A DNA stretch of 64,000 nucleotides from Lingula anatina. Taxonomy: Eukaryota > Animalia > Brachiopoda. Shown piece by piece: positions 36,054 to 49,519 of this stretch. A program made the position numbers and the translations under genes. Position 1 is the first letter of the stretch, and every line of letters begins with the position of its first letter. The notes under the pieces were generated by a model. That model was not told the origin of the DNA. It ran no database searches and worked only from the letters and a program-made list of their open reading frames with translations. The DNA is taken from positions 27,408,848 through 27,472,847 of the forward strand of contig CM120643.1 in the NCBI GenBank assembly GCA_051362555.1. Reading direction: 5' to 3'.

Positions 36054-37695
36054 TCACTCATCATGTTCATAATTAAAAAGTTTAAAATCTTGGCTGTAAA
36101 TTCTCTTTAATTCTGCAATCTGCTGGAGCGACAGTGTTTTAAAGGCCTCTTTGACGTGTCCAAAAGTTTTTCGTTTCATAGAAGAAGGATAGAGAATTTT
36201 CTGGCGAATACCGACATGTTTTGCTACTTGGTCAAGATCTTCATCGAAGGTTTCCAATTTGCCTATGATGTCATAGCGCACCTGGCAGGGAAAGCACTGT
36301 TCTGATATAGGCAACCAGTGGGTGTCAGTATAGCCATCAACATTCCAGGTGCCATCTTTTGAACGTTTTGAGTGGTCAATGACAAACTGAATAAAATCCC
36401 GGAAAGGGAACAGTTGGGTGAGATTCTTGGAACGATCTTGTGTAACCTCTGGGCGATGATACAGACGCCGAACGCGATTGAAAAGGTACCAAGAAATCCC
36501 ACTGACATCATCACCTTCAAAGGAAGAAAATTGAAACATCATTCGATAATAGGAGACGAGACGTTCAAAGGGGTGTCGCACAAATAGAACTTTAGTGTAA
36601 TTTTCCAGCAGGTGCTTTGTGGTTTCTTCAAATTTCTTTATAGTTGGGGTGAGGTACTGGTATAGGGTTCTTTCTTCATGCCAAACTTCGTGAGCTTTGT
36701 CAGACATAAAATCTAAATCCGTGGTGCTGTCTTTCTGTTTATTAGCTACAATGAACAGTCGTTTGACATTTGTAGACCCGGCCTTGAAAATTTGACAGAA
36801 AAGAACCCTGTATTTCTCCTCAATTAGGAATTGGATTGGCACTACAAGTCTTTTTCGCAGCAGTTCTGTTACAGCTTTGACGTCTGCATTTTGAGAAGCG
36901 GTGATGTTACAAGCTGATTTTACCATCTTGGCTCTTTTGTAAACGTCCACTATTGGTGAGCCTGTAGGGAGAGGACTCGTGCTTGTTGTCGGGCTCGATC
37001 TTGAAGATGTGCCTGAGCTTGCAGTTATGCTTAAGCCTGAGGTTGAACTGAAACTTGTAGTCGTTTCAGAAACATTGTTCCGATAAAAATATGGTTGTGT
37101 GCTGCTGAATGAATCAGCATTACGTAAAACTGCTATGGCGGTAGAATTTGAATCAACTGGTGCCACTTTTTTCCAGTAAAGACTACAAGATTCTAGCAGT
37201 GATTTCCCAGTATCAGAGAATGTTAGGTACAGTATCAAAATTACCGTCCATACTGTGAACAGGATGAAGTTTTGCTTCCATGGATTTTGGCACCACGCCA
37301 ACAGTTTTCTTTGAGACACCAAATGTCCCATATTTCCTGAAAATATAAGAAACTACGTCAAGTATTCAACTCATATTATTTTAATATATAATTTATATAT
37401 TTGTATTCACGACATCGAAACTAGAGCATCCACACATGCTGTCTTCTTGAACTTATTAAATCAGGGCACAGTTTCATCAACAGTGGATAGCGCTGTTCAG
37501 TGTTGATGAAACTGGGTTCAGGTTCGTCCAGTCTAGTCTCACGTTTCAGGAATGAATTATCAAGTATATGTACGTGGCATAATGGCATAATTCATCCAGG
37601 TAATACAAAATTACCACGTCGACGACAACCCTAGCAACAAAAAGTAGACGACATTATTAGAAAGCAAACGACTTACCGGTTGTTATCTCTTTCAT
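36054..37695 (-). CDS. Carbohydrate sulfotransferase (Sulfotransfer_2, CHST8-14-like), copy 1
   Basis: 425-aa ORF 36054-37331 has an N-terminal TM anchor, an S/T-rich stem, the 5'-PSB motif FCQIFKAGSTN, the 3'-PB motif FVRHPFERLVSYY, HWLP..C.PC, YDIIGKLETF.ED and YSQDFKLFNY. A splice acceptor at 37337-37338 and a short upstream exon 37695-37677 (gccATG AAA GAG ATA ACA ACC G|gtaagt) join in frame, adding MKEITTGN (433 aa total). The upstream exon is less certain. Confidence 0.9.
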
Positions 37696-38558
37696 GGCAT
37701 TTGTCCCGCTTTTCCAACATCGTTCTGAGAAATGAACATCTTCACAAACAATACCTCTATTTGTGCAAAGGTCAGCGTTGGATGTGCAGGTAGTAATTTA
37801 ACATCTGATCAGCATTGGTTTTAGTATTTAATGCGCTGTTCGTCTCATTACTATATGGTATTCGATGCTGGTGATTATTAATCTTATATTTGACATACAT
37901 AATCAGAATAAGATGGGCAGTGGGATACGTGAGATGTGCGTCATAAGCCGCCCCAGACCGGCCATGTATATATATATACTTAAACATGTCACACTTTGGT
38001 GTGAATAATATCCAAATGATTTATATTGCCCACATTAAACATTAATTATAATCAGAATAAGGTGGACAAAAGGCATGACAATGGATGGAGTGTCTTACTG
38101 TAACCATGAGTACAGTTACTCTTTACCGCCGCATATTTTATTATGTGGGTTTTTTTTCTCAGTGAAGAGATAACCGCCAATTTAACCAGAGACATATTAG
38201 TAATTATCTAGTGAAAAATCAATCTGTGTCAAGGTTCTGGTAGAGGATAGCGCACAGTAATCATAAGAAGTAAAACCAAAGTTGTAAAGAAAGTTGTCGA
38301 CATGTAGAGGATGAAGTGGGTGATTGGTGGTTTAATAGTGGGATAGGGTGGTTTTGACAAAGTAGATAATGAGGATGGTATGCTATGTATGAATAAAATA
38401 AATAACAAAAAGTGAAATAAGAAAAAGATAGTATTAAATGTGAATAGGATCAAAATTATATTCTATTAGCTGATATCCGTCACATCAATCATTGTACCAT
38501 GATAAGAGATTAGTATAATAATAATAATGATAAATTTAAAAAATAAAAGAAATGAAAT

Positions 38559-38636
38559 GGGACTGAGGGGGAATCGAACCTACATCGCCGTGTTTGGCAG
38601 GCAAGGACGTACGTTACTACTCGGCCAGCAAACGGC
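38559..38636 (-). mobile_element. tRNA-derived SINE head or tRNA pseudogene (Gly-GCC-like)
   Basis: Minus strand shows A box TGGCCGAGTAG, loop CTGCCAA and B box GGTTCGATTCC. The acceptor stem does not pair. Confidence 0.55.
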
Positions 38637-38758
38637 GTGTTATTGACAATATATGACACCGGTCACACATGCCGAAGCTTTATGGAAAATGCCGAAGGCT
38701 AGAAAATGGCCTCAAAATATACTTTTAACAGTTGTAATCAAAATCAAACTACGGCTAC

Positions 38759-39014
38759 CAGAGGCGGATCCAGGATTATTTGAAGGGGGGGGGGGGGTTC
38801 GCGGATGCGAATCCGACCCTTCCTCCCCCACCCTCCACCCGCTGAATGGCCCAGAAATAAATTGTATTTAAAAGGGCGAACGGTGCCATTTGGTAAGGTT
38901 TAGAAGTATGATTCAACTAGTCAAAATTCTAATTTCATGAGGGGAGAAGAAATCGAAGGGGGGGGGAAGGTGGGTCAGGACCCCCCCCCCCACCCCCCTC
39001 TAAATCCGCCACTG
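38759..39014. mobile_element. hAT-like MITE (CAGTGGCGGAT family)
   Basis: TIR CAGAGGCGGAT / ATCCGCCACTG; flanks GGCTAC/GGCAAC (6 bp, 1 mismatch). Confidence 0.8.
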
Positions 39015-40799
39015 GGCAACCACGTATATCTTTCCACTGCCTTAAGGTATTGCTAACATCTGTCAGTTGTCAACAACATGGTAGTTTTGGGAGAAAATGT
39101 GAAAAGGAGACTTCTGGTGATCAGCTATTACTATCAAGATACTAAAATACCGATGTAAAATGCTAAAAAAAAGTCTGTTCGTCATCCAAAACATTTTATC
39201 AAGCACTACAGGGGTAAAGGAGAAATGATACGAAATTGAGCTTCCCACTTTCCTAATGAGTACAGTAAACATAATATGTACATGAAAGGACAAAAAAAAC
39301 AACCCACAATCTGTATGTAAACGCCCTGATACCCTTCAGTTGTTAAAATTTCCTCTGTTTCTTAAAAAATCCAAACATTGTACTGATCCTCTTCCCCAAA
39401 AAAGTATTTGTTTTCCGTCTCCCGCTACTTAAAAAATACATTAGGAAAAATTAAAAAATGAAAGTCAGTGACATGAATATGACCTCGCCATATCTAGACT
39501 AATCTTGATGCGGCTAGCAAAGCAACTCGCTTTGCGGATAGTAAAACGCATCTCGGCGTTTAGACCAACCACTGTGTGGAAAGTACGGTAACTACTGGCA
39601 TGATTTGATCTCTAAAATCGTATCTGGGTTTATGATAAGGTTTTCAACATTCATCTTTTGAAGTAACCCACAAAGCATAATTCCTCACAAAAAAAAAAAA
39701 AAAAAAAAAAAACACTTCCTCGGTCGAACTTCCCGGTAAATATTACCGGCGTGCTCCGTAATGATCATTACTCAATATTATACTCAACGCCATTAGAAAG
39801 CGTGTCAATATCTTAATCTGAGCGAGAGTCCCCCTCGGAGTTGAGTGATAGCTTTATTGTAAATGGGCCCTGATTAATACAACCATCGCTTCCGTTGCTG
39901 TGATTTGAACTGCAGTAATACGTGAATTAAACTTCTGTATGAAGTAAGCACCAGAAGAGAGGCTTAACATACGTACACGTATGTAAATAATGCTGCTGAG
40001 AGGTGACAACTCTGAACTTAACCACAAACGTTAAGTCTAGGACAGTTGACTTATTCTAATACATGTCACTTAAAATTCCGACAGCATAAGGTGTTTTATC
40101 AACGGTCCATTCTAAGAGGATTAGTGGCGGCGGTTTATACAAAAATTCAAAACACGATTAGTCGTCGTCGTTATCAGATTCGTCGAATTGAAAACACGAT
40201 TAGTCGTCGTCGTTATCAGATTAGTCGAATTGAAAACACGATTAGTCGTCGTCGTTATCAGATCAGTCGGCAAAATACGACTAGTAGCCGTCAAAACGCA
40301 ACTAGTCGAAGCCAAAACTCGATTTGACGCTAGATGGCGCTCATGTCAACGGTCTTGGCCACCCTTTGGTCAACTTCACAGTCAATACCGCGAAAATCTG
40401 ACAAGTGCTTAATTTGTGATTGACAGATAGAGGAAAGTTGACAGATGTTGTACTATACATGTAGTAGGCTAGTATGTGATAGATACAATACGAGTCGCAG
40501 AGCTGTACGTGAAATATATTACGAGTGTATTGTCGAGCTGCAGGCGAGTGTTGTGTCTGGCTTAAACCACGGCCTCTGGCTACTACACTGCCCTTGCGAT
40601 ATTTTACTCATACATGTTAGGGGCCCTTGTGGTCACTTAGTCCCGTGTTGGACGTCCCAGACCCCCCCAGCTCCCCTCGACCTAAGTGTTAACACCTTCG
40701 CCTACCCCGGTGTAAAAGGTGTATTAGTGTGATCATTTATGTGGAATTTCATGTCAGATGGACATATAAAGATCTAAAAATTCGTCACAATATTAAAAA

Positions 40800-41073
40800 T
40801 ATCCAGGATTATTTGAATTGGGGGGATGGGGGGGGGGGTCCGGGACGATGTGAAGCCGATCGTCGCCCACTGGTGTGGAGTTTGGGGCCTGCTCAAGGGC
40901 CCCGAAAATTTTTGGTGTTTTAAAGAGCAAACAGTGCCTTTGGTACGGTTAAGAACTATGATTTATTTAGCTAGTCAAAATTCTAATTTCAAGAGGGGAA
41001 TATTGGCGTGATATATTTTTCAGAAACCGAGGGGGGGGGGGGGGCTCAGACCCCCACTCTAAATCCGCCACTG
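40800..41073. mobile_element. hAT-like MITE (CAGTGGCGGAT family), 5'-clipped, inside the foldback spacer
   Basis: ATCCAGGATTATTTGAA start and TAAATCCGCCACTG end are shared with 38759-39014. Confidence 0.75.
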
Positions 41074-41368
41074 ATGGGGGAGAAAGAGTAGTGTTTTTTT
41101 TTTTTTTTTTTTGGGGGGGGGGCTTCTCAGTATCAAATCTGCTGCTGGTGATGGGAGTGGTGTTGGTGCTGCTACTGCTGCTGCACGAAGCGGCTAGGGC
41201 TGACTTAGGTCGAGGGGAGCTGTTAGGCGTGTTCAGCCTTGCCCTCCATCGTCCAACACAGGACTAAGTGACCACAAGGGCCCCTAACATGTATGAGTAA
41301 AATATCGCAAGGGCAGTGTAGTAGCAGTACAAAACTCGCCTGCGGCTCGACATTGCACTCGTACCCCT

Positions 41369-43880
41369 CAGGGGCGTAACCAGACCTTTTAAAATTGTAC
41401 GCACAGAATTTTAAAATTCCCAGGTATAGCTAAATGTAGATCGACTTATGCAAAAGATGAAGGGCAGTTTAAATTATATGTGCCAAATATAATAGCTTAG
41501 TTTTCACCGTTTATAAAATCATTACTTAAAGTTTAAAATATTCCCTCAATATAATTAAGTTCCAGTAAATTATTTCACCCAGAACCAACGCTTTTTCCGG
41601 GATTGGGGTACAGGCCATACATAATTGCCATCTGTATCTTACTTCAAAATTTCAGGGCCTCAAACTTTTCCAAAAGCCGTGAGCGGGGGTGGGGATGGGG
41701 TAAAAATTAATGGAATCTTTTTTTAATAATAAATTTCATTGGAAAAGAGGGTTAAAAATAATTCATACCGATCTCCCGTCACGCTCTTCCACGAAAGAAC
41801 GCCCTTGTATGAGTATAAAAATTGCCTTCTCGTCTCGCTCGAATCGCGAACGATCTCTGGCTGACGATCATCTGCGAACGAAGTCCATTGAACGAATGTG
41901 AAAATTGCTTTCTCTTTTCGCTCAGATCATGCTCGATCTCCTGCTGAAGATACGAAAATTGGCTTCTCATCTCGCTGCGGTCGGTAACTACATGTATCTC
42001 TTGTTCCCGATCCTCGGTTAACGAAGTCTCTTGAACAAATATGAAAATTGCCTTCTCGTCTCTTTCGGATTGCGAACAATCTCTCGCCGAAGATATAAAA
42101 ATTGCCTTTGTTATGTATTAGCTTTGTCAGGTGCCATAAGTATAAAGATCCGAAAGGTGCCCCCTTTCATAATTTGGCGGCAAGTTAGGTCATATTTCAT
42201 TTAGGGCCAACACGTGTTTTGTACCGAATGTAGATCATTCTTGTCACTTCTGCATTATATATTTTAAAGTCAATGGAAACATTTTATTGTGTTTTGTAAG
42301 CTTTAGGTAGTAGTTACGTCGTGACTGAAAAACAGCGTGCACTACAAAGTAGTATAATATTCACACGTCAAATTACTGCAATGGATTTTCATACGACGTC
42401 CACAGCTGCCCCAACAAGTCAAGACTTTTTTAATCGTAAGCCATCCAGCCTTCTAAATTTGAAAACATAGGCCGTCCAGTGATGACAGCGGCCGTTCAAT
42501 TGGCAGCTGGAGGGCTCGCTGAAAAAAGCCTTGCTTAGAATGGTATATTTATTGAACTAGGGGCTTACTGACACAAACTTTGAAAACATATGCAAATTAT
42601 GCCCGCTTGTATCAAGCTAAATTCTAAATAACGGTGAGGCACCTTTGTTCGATGTGGTTTGTTGCGGTTATCCCGAGTTGTCAGAAAATAATCTTAAGAA
42701 CAGTTGATCGTTGTAGGATTCTTACACCTTCTTGCTATCCATGGCAGGGCCGTAGCCTCCGGGGGGGCAGGGGGGGGGGCAGCTGCCCCCCCCCCCCCTG
42801 GAAATTGGGGTGCAAAAAAATGATCGCAAAGGTAAAAAAAATAATTGCAAAGTTGGTATCAATTCTGTGAGAAAAGGCACTAATGGCCACTAGACAATCA
42901 TTCAACAATCTGTTTACAAAGGTGTACTGTTTTTAGCCAACTCAGTTTATGCCAAAAAGCTCACCCTCCGTGTTGTGTGGAAAAAATGACTGTACTTATG
43001 GCAAAATGAACCCACAATTTCTGACTTCTGATTGACCAATAAATAACATTTAAAATGCACCAGAATGCAGTATTATACATACAGTTTTTAAAAATTTTCC
43101 ACACCGTGGGAGGGGGGCACCCCCTCCCCCCTCGGGGGCTTCGCCCCCTCGTGTCCGCTTACTGCCCCCCCCCCCCCTGGCATTTTGCGCAGGCTACGGT
43201 CCTGCATGGTCAGCTTAATGATGAATCTTCTAAAAGTTGAACTTATATATGGTATCATCCAAAATCAAACAATTATATTACAGGATAAAGCTCTGTTTGT
43301 TTGTGAAAATTGCCCATATCACCCTGTTAGTTTAGAGGGTTAAGCTGGGTCAAGTCCGTGTCAAAATTCTTTAGAGCTTTGCAGGAAATATTTTTTTGTT
43401 TCTCTGGCTCCTTATAAAGCCCGTTGTCCAGATTTTATCTAGTGTCCCCAGGTCTGCTGGAACTGCTCTTTGAAAATAACACAGGTAGATTTTTATCTGA
43501 GATAAATCTCGCCAGCGAGTGTGCATTCGACACACTTAAGACAAAGGCTACCTGAGAGTTGAAGGGCATTCAAACCTCCAATTAAGAGGCAAAGGAAGTT
43601 CCGGCTAGATGGACGATTAAGATAGGACTTCTAGAGGTGGCTAGTATTGTTTATTTACCTCAGTTCTGTGAAAGCAAACGAGACGGGGGGCGTCAGAACA
43701 ATGGTGCGTATACGATTCATACAGAAGATTTGTACATTTAGGTGACTCTAACTTGCAATCGAAGAGGATTTTCGATTATTTTTCGTGAAAAATACACTAA
43801 ATTTATAGAGAATAATATCATGATTGGCTCAAAAAATTGTACGCACAGTGCATCCGTGCGTATGCCTAGTTACGCCCATG
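41369..43880. mobile_element. 2.5-kb non-autonomous hAT-like element interrupting the foldback right arm
   Basis: TIR CAGGGGCGTAAC / GTTACGCCCATG. Its right part recurs inverted at 54925-55490 and partly at 56650-57010. Confidence 0.75.
42745..43204. mobile_element. hAT-like MITE with 5-bp TSD nested in 41369-43880
   Basis: TIR CAGGGCCGTAGCCT / AGGCTACGGTCCTG; TSD CATGG/CATGG. Confidence 0.88.
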
Positions 43881-44224
43881 CCCTGTATTTATTTGACGTA
43901 CAGCTCTGCGACTCGTATTGTATCTATCACATACTAGCCTACAAAAGTACAACATCTGTCAACTCTCCTCAATCTGTCAATCACAAATTAAGCACTTAAT
44001 TGTCATTGTCAGATTTTCGCGGTAGTGACTGTGAAGTCGGCACAAGGGTGGCCAAGACCTTTGACATGAGCGCCATGTAGCGTGAAATCGAGTTTTGGCT
44101 TCGACTAGTTGCTTTTTGACGACTACTAGTCGTATTTTGCCGACTGATCTGATAACGACGACGACTAATCGTGTTTTGAATTTTTGAATAAACCGCCGCC
44201 CATATACTATGTATGGTGAGTTTC

Positions 44225-44551
44225 GGTGATGTTACAAGCTTATTTTACCATCTTGGCTCTTTTGTAAACGTCCTCTTTAGAAGTCAGTGTTGGGAGAGTG
44301 ATGGAGCTTGACCTTGACCTCGTTTCAGACACATTGTCTCGAATCAAATCTGGTTTTCCTGTGTTGAAGAGACCGGTTAAATTCCGTTTAACCGCCATGG
44401 TGGAATGCCTTGCACCAACTGGAAGTGCATGTTTTCCATAGAACCTGGGCGATTCCAGCAGAGGTTTCCAGGTAAGAAACAAGGTAACATACAATATCAG
44501 TATTATCAACAATACTGTGAATACTGTTCCTGGTGACACCAGATGCCCCAT
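44225..44551 (-). pseudogene. Truncated carbohydrate sulfotransferase pseudogene (5' part only)
   Basis: Nearly identical to the N-terminus of 47524-48702. A TCA>TAA nonsense change follows KMVK. Homology continues as ACNIT to about 44225 and then stops about 25 bp from the end of a foldback element. The catalytic domain is missing. Confidence 0.88.
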
Positions 44552-45185
44552 ATTACCTGAAAATATTCTAGTACTAAAAACGTTGTTTAATTTAACTATT
44601 TAGTGGGATTCATCAAATAATTATAAAACAGTATTCACGAGATTGAAGATAAACCATATTGTCGATTTATTGTAAGGAGGAGCCTTATATATATATATAT
44701 ATATATGTACAAGGTCGTCTATTGGTCTGCACATTCACCTGTCAGAGTAAATAAAACAATGACTAATTTCACTGATAAGCCGCCAATCAGAATAGTAATA
44801 TTCTAAGCTACACGAACGTATTCAAACTGGCACACCCAATTGTAATTTTATTATATGGAACATTTTCTGGAAGAAAGAAATCTCATTTAACACAATGCTA
44901 GTGAGTTTCACCCTTCCCCTTTTTCACGAACAAGATTTCCCCTTGAAACGGGCCTGGCGTAGTACAGAGGGTGCATCACAAAATCTCCCACCCACTTGGC
45001 CACCATGAAGCCATCATGATGGGAAAAAGAAACTGGTAATCTCCATCTGGAAGAGAGATTCTTTTATTTCTTTGGTTTTATTTCATTTTAATTACCAAAA
45101 GGACCCCTTAATATAACATTTTTTCCTCAAAATTCACCATTTTTCTTTCAGAGGACATCCTCCCTTAAACCTGAAACAATTGTAT

Positions 45186-45232
<47 letters not shown>

Positions 45233-45696
45233 TTTCTCTTGAAAAAAGAAAACTATTGGTGACCATTTACCCTAACAAACTAACTTACTAAAATGTATAG
45301 CTATGTATCTTAAATATGAAAATCAAGCAGTGACTTCAGAGTGCTATAAATACACAACCAAAGCTTCATTTCTTTTAAACACAAACTATAGTCACTGTAT
45401 GGTCAGTAAATACATACCAAGTGGTACTAATTTTTTTGTTGTTGTTGTGCCAAAACTAGGAAAGGTCATGATATTTTCAGCATTTATTAAAACATAATTT
45501 TCCTAAAATATCCTAAATTTCATTGCAATACCTTCTGTTGGCGTTATTGAACTTTGAAGTTAGTAACCCAATATAGTCAGTGTTCCCACCCTTACCGCAG
45601 GTATGTAAGTCTTGAAAAGGGTGTGTATGAGCGCGCGTGCGTGTGAGTGTGTGTGTGGGTGCGTGTGTGAGAGATAGAGAGAAAGAGGGAGAGAGG

Positions 45697-45753
<57 letters not shown>

Positions 45754-45814
45754 GGGGGAGAGGGAGTGAGTGCGCCCGCGTGAGATAGGGAGTGGGCAGA
45801 GTGTTTGATAGAGA

Positions 45815-45861
<47 letters not shown>

Positions 45862-45939
45862 CGTTTTTTAGTTTGAATTCTGGTCTCTTATCTGTCCAGT
45901 ATGAACTGTTTTTCAAACAAAAAAAAATCTTCACAGGCT

Positions 45940-46010
<71 letters not shown>

Positions 46011-47523
46011 TTATATCGTCTTTCCTTTTATTACAAAGCTCCAAGGTTTTTTTTCCGCCATTCCAATATTCTAAAAGTATTCCTTTGCTGGGAGATGCTA
46101 GAGTTTGTTCGTAGGAAAGGCCAAGGAGGCAAAAATATTTTTTTAAATGGCGTAGCTTGGCTGGTTTTATTTTAAACAAACACATGATTGAAAATCTGTT
46201 TGGTTTTGTTCTGTCTAGTTTATTATTCCTTTTTTTCTGGGGGGGGGGGGGGTCTGCAGATAAGGTGGCAAGTAGCCTGGTGTGCCCCCAAAATCCGCCA
46301 TCGGATTTATGAACCTATTTGCAGACAGTTAAGTCAAATATGCTTTTCGTTTCTTGTTGTATAATGATGATAAATTAAACAAGTAAATGCTCATGGGTAG
46401 AAAACATGTTTGTTCCCTTTAAAAAAATTAAATTTTTCATAATTTCAGACCATCTTACTTTGCATAAGACCTTCACAAATCAAAGCAAAATACCCTGGGA
46501 ATTGACAGGAAATTTCCCTTTTTATCAAGTTGCACCAAATCCCAAGCCATTGACAAATAACGATCTATAATTCGGTTTTGATTTCAAAATTTCCCATTTC
46601 TTCTGTCACCACTGCGATTTATCAACATTTTATCGCCGTAAAAACACAAAGCTGTATATTTAGCAGTTTAAGGACATATACCCTGAAATATAAGAATATA
46701 AGTTTATTTGAATTGGGAAATGATTACGAAATCCGTATTATTCAAGATGTCGGAATCATCCACTCCAATGGACGATCTATAATAGAATAAAATGTTTAAA
46801 GTTACATCTCCTGTATGATTTTTGGTGAGCAGACTAAAATTGGGGCCTAAGTAAGATCACTACCTGTGCCTTATTTTCTGGTCACAATTCGGACGAAGAA
46901 AGCCGAGGTACATGTCTGTAGTTACTCATTGCACATATGGCGTTATAGCGTTCTGTGTGTAAAAGAGTCACTATTCCAGAATTATTTGTCTACACAACGT
47001 CACTGAAGGTCACAGATTGCCTTTGGTTAATGGTAAGTCGTCAGTTCTTTGAAATAATTCATTTGGCAGCACGCAGAGTCAGTGTTACGCACATCTTTTT
47101 AAATTTTAACAACAGTCTGATACTTATATGATTTAGTGGCACGCAACGGATTTCAAATAAGAGGGAGCTTTTCTACAGTTTTACAGCCCTCTTAATACTT
47201 TCGTCAAATATCTAATACGGAATTTTCGGGTCAAAACAAATCGCACTACTCCTCAATCATAACTTAACCCTCCTTGCATTCGGATGCCATTTCTAATTAA
47301 TTATCTAAGTCTTTAAGGAATCATGATTGACACATAACAGTACGTTGTGTAATATCACTGCCCACTTTTTAAACATGATTCTTTTTATTTTAATCTAAGT
47401 TAATCATAGTCTAAAATATTAAATGAATTGTTACCCTGAACAGCTTCCGAGATTTCTCAACGTTCTCTTAAGTTGCCAAGATGAGAGTTATATTACATTC
47501 ACTCCACTGCATCATCGTATTCC

Positions 47524-48702
47524 TCACTCATCATGTTCATAATTAAAAAGTTTAAAATCTTGGCTGTAAATTCTCTTTAATTCTGCAATCTGCTGGAGCG
47601 ACAGTGTTTTAAAGGCCTCTTTGACGTGTCCAAATGTTTTTCGTTTCATAGAAGAAGGATAGAGAATTTTCTGGCGAATACCGACGTGTTTTGCTACTTG
47701 GTCAAGATCTTCATCGAAGGTTTCCAATTTGCCTATGATGTCATAGCGCACCTGGCAGGGAAAGCACTGTTCTGATATAGGCAACCAGTGTATGTCTACA
47801 TAGCTATCAACTTTCCAGGAGCCATCTTTTGTACGTTTTGAATGGTCAATGACAAACTGAATAAAATCCCGAAAGGGGAACAGTTGGGTGAGATTTTGGG
47901 AAGGATGTCGCGGAATCTCTGGGCGATGGTACAGACGCCGAACGCGATTGAATATATCCCAAGAAGATCTACTAACATCGGTACCTTCGTAGGAGAAAAT
48001 TTGGAACATCATTCGATAATAGGAGACGAGACGTTCGAAGGGGTGTCGCACAAAGAGAATTTTAGTGTAATTTTCCAGCAGACGTTTTGTGGTTTCTTCA
48101 AAGTTCTTTATAGCTGGGGTGAGGTACTGGTATAGGGTTCTTTCTTCACGCCAAACTTGGTGAGCTTTGTTAGACATAAAATCCAAGTCGGAGGTAATGT
48201 TTTTCTGTTTATTGGCTACAATGAACAATCGTTTGACATTTGTGGATCCTGCCTTAGGAATTTGACAGAAAAGAACCTTGTATTTGTCCTCAATTAGGAA
48301 TTGGATTGGCACTACAAGTCTTTTACGCAGCAGTTCTGTTACAGCTATGACGTCTGCATCTGGAGATGTGGTAATGTTACAAGCTGATTTTACCATCTTG
48401 GCTCTTTTGTAAACGTCCTCTTTAGAAGTCAGTGTAGGGAGAGTGATGGTGCTTGAACCTGACCTTGGCCTCGTTTCAGACACATTGTCTCGAATCAAAT
48501 CTGGTTTTCCTGTGTTGAAGAGACCGGTTAAATTCCGTTTAACCGCCATGGTGGAATGCCTTGCACCAACTGGAAGTGCATGTTTTCCATAGAACCTGGG
48601 CGATTCCAGCAGAGGTTTCCAGGTAAGAAACAAGGTAACATACAATATCAGTATTATCAACATTACTGTGAATACTGTTCCTGGTGACACCAAATATCCC
48701 AT
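47524..48702 (-). CDS. Carbohydrate sulfotransferase (Sulfotransfer_2, CHST8-14-like), copy 2, 392 aa
   Basis: Intact ORF with TM anchor, FCQIPKAGSTN, FVRHPFERLVSYY, HWLPISEQCFPC and YSQDFKLFNY. Acceptor ttttcag lies 5 nt before the ATG. Confidence 0.92.
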   Translation of the reverse strand: MGYLVSPGTVFTVMLIILILYVTLFLTWKPLLESPRFYGKHALPVGARHSTMAVKRNLTGLFNTGKPDLIRDNVSETRPRSGSSTITLPTLTSKEDVYKRAKMVKSACNITTSPDADVIAVTELLRKRLVVPIQFLIEDKYKVLFCQIPKAGSTNVKRLFIVANKQKNITSDLDFMSNKAHQVWREERTLYQYLTPAIKNFEETTKRLLENYTKILFVRHPFERLVSYYRMMFQIFSYEGTDVSRSSWDIFNRVRRLYHRPEIPRHPSQNLTQLFPFRDFIQFVIDHSKRTKDGSWKVDSYVDIHWLPISEQCFPCQVRYDIIGKLETFDEDLDQVAKHVGIRQKILYPSSMKRKTFGHVKEAFKTLSLQQIAELKRIYSQDFKLFNYEHDE

Positions 48703-49486
48703 ATTGCCTGAAAATATTTTAGTAACAAAAACGTTATTAATTAAATCTATTTAGTAGGATTAATCAAATAATTATAAAACAGTATTCTCGAAGATAAACC
48801 ATATTGTGAATAAGTCCCAATAAAATACACAGATACTGGCTAAGAACTAAAGGGGAGGATTTATTGCTAGGCGGAACCTTATATAAATGTACAAGCTCGT
48901 CTATTGATCTCCACATTCACCAATCAGAGTAAATAAAACAATGACCAGTTTCACGGATAAGCCACCAATCAGAATAGACTATACAAATCTACGCGAACGT
49001 ATTCAAACTGGCACACCCGAATGTAATTGTATTACACAGAACATCTTTAGGAAGAAAGAATCTCAATTAACACAATGCTAGTTTGTTACAGCCTTCCCTT
49101 TTTGACAAACAAGATTTTCCCTTGAAACATGGCCAGATTTCTCGTAATAAACGGGAATCAAGTAGAACCAGACGCAATGAAGAATTTCCAAATGCGAAGG
49201 GCTAAAAATATATGTCAAAATATTTGCAGAGTTGTAGAAAAGAATGCCGTTTCAGGTCTGTCAGAAGTTTCAGAGGGGGAGGGGGTCTTTTCTGAAAAAG
49301 TGGTCATTTTACCATAAAAACATCATGTACCTAGATTTTTATCGAGACTGAAGCTTTTCCCAGCAAAAGGGACGATTCTTTCTAACCCCCTAGTGAATAC
49401 ACTTTAGCACGTGACTTTTAGCAAATAATCAAAACTGCCGTTCCAACACATGGCAGAAAGTAAAAAAAAATCTGAAAAATTAGTTC

Positions 49487-49519
<33 letters not shown>

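Larger units (their letters stand above)
40126..44200. mobile_element. Foldback element with about 500-bp inverted arms and nested insertions
   Basis: Left arm 40126-40653 (starts GGCGGCGGTTTAT; 42-bp unit x3 at 40149, 40191, 40233) pairs with 41249-41363 plus 43885-44200 (ends ATAAACCGCCGCC). Confidence 0.85.

Noticed and set aside
37468-37515. 14-bp hairpin CAGTTTCATCAACA / TGTTGATGAAACTG in the copy 1 intron
   Set aside because: Short and single-copy, with no ribozyme or snoRNA boxes; not enough to call a feature.
38559-38636. Functional tRNA-Gly gene
   Set aside because: The acceptor stem does not pair; it is better explained as a SINE head or pseudogene.
40149-40275. 42-bp repeats and ORF 40046-40327 with RRRYQISRIENTIS
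   Set aside because: These are subterminal repeats of the foldback arm; the peptide periodicity only reflects 42 being a multiple of 3.
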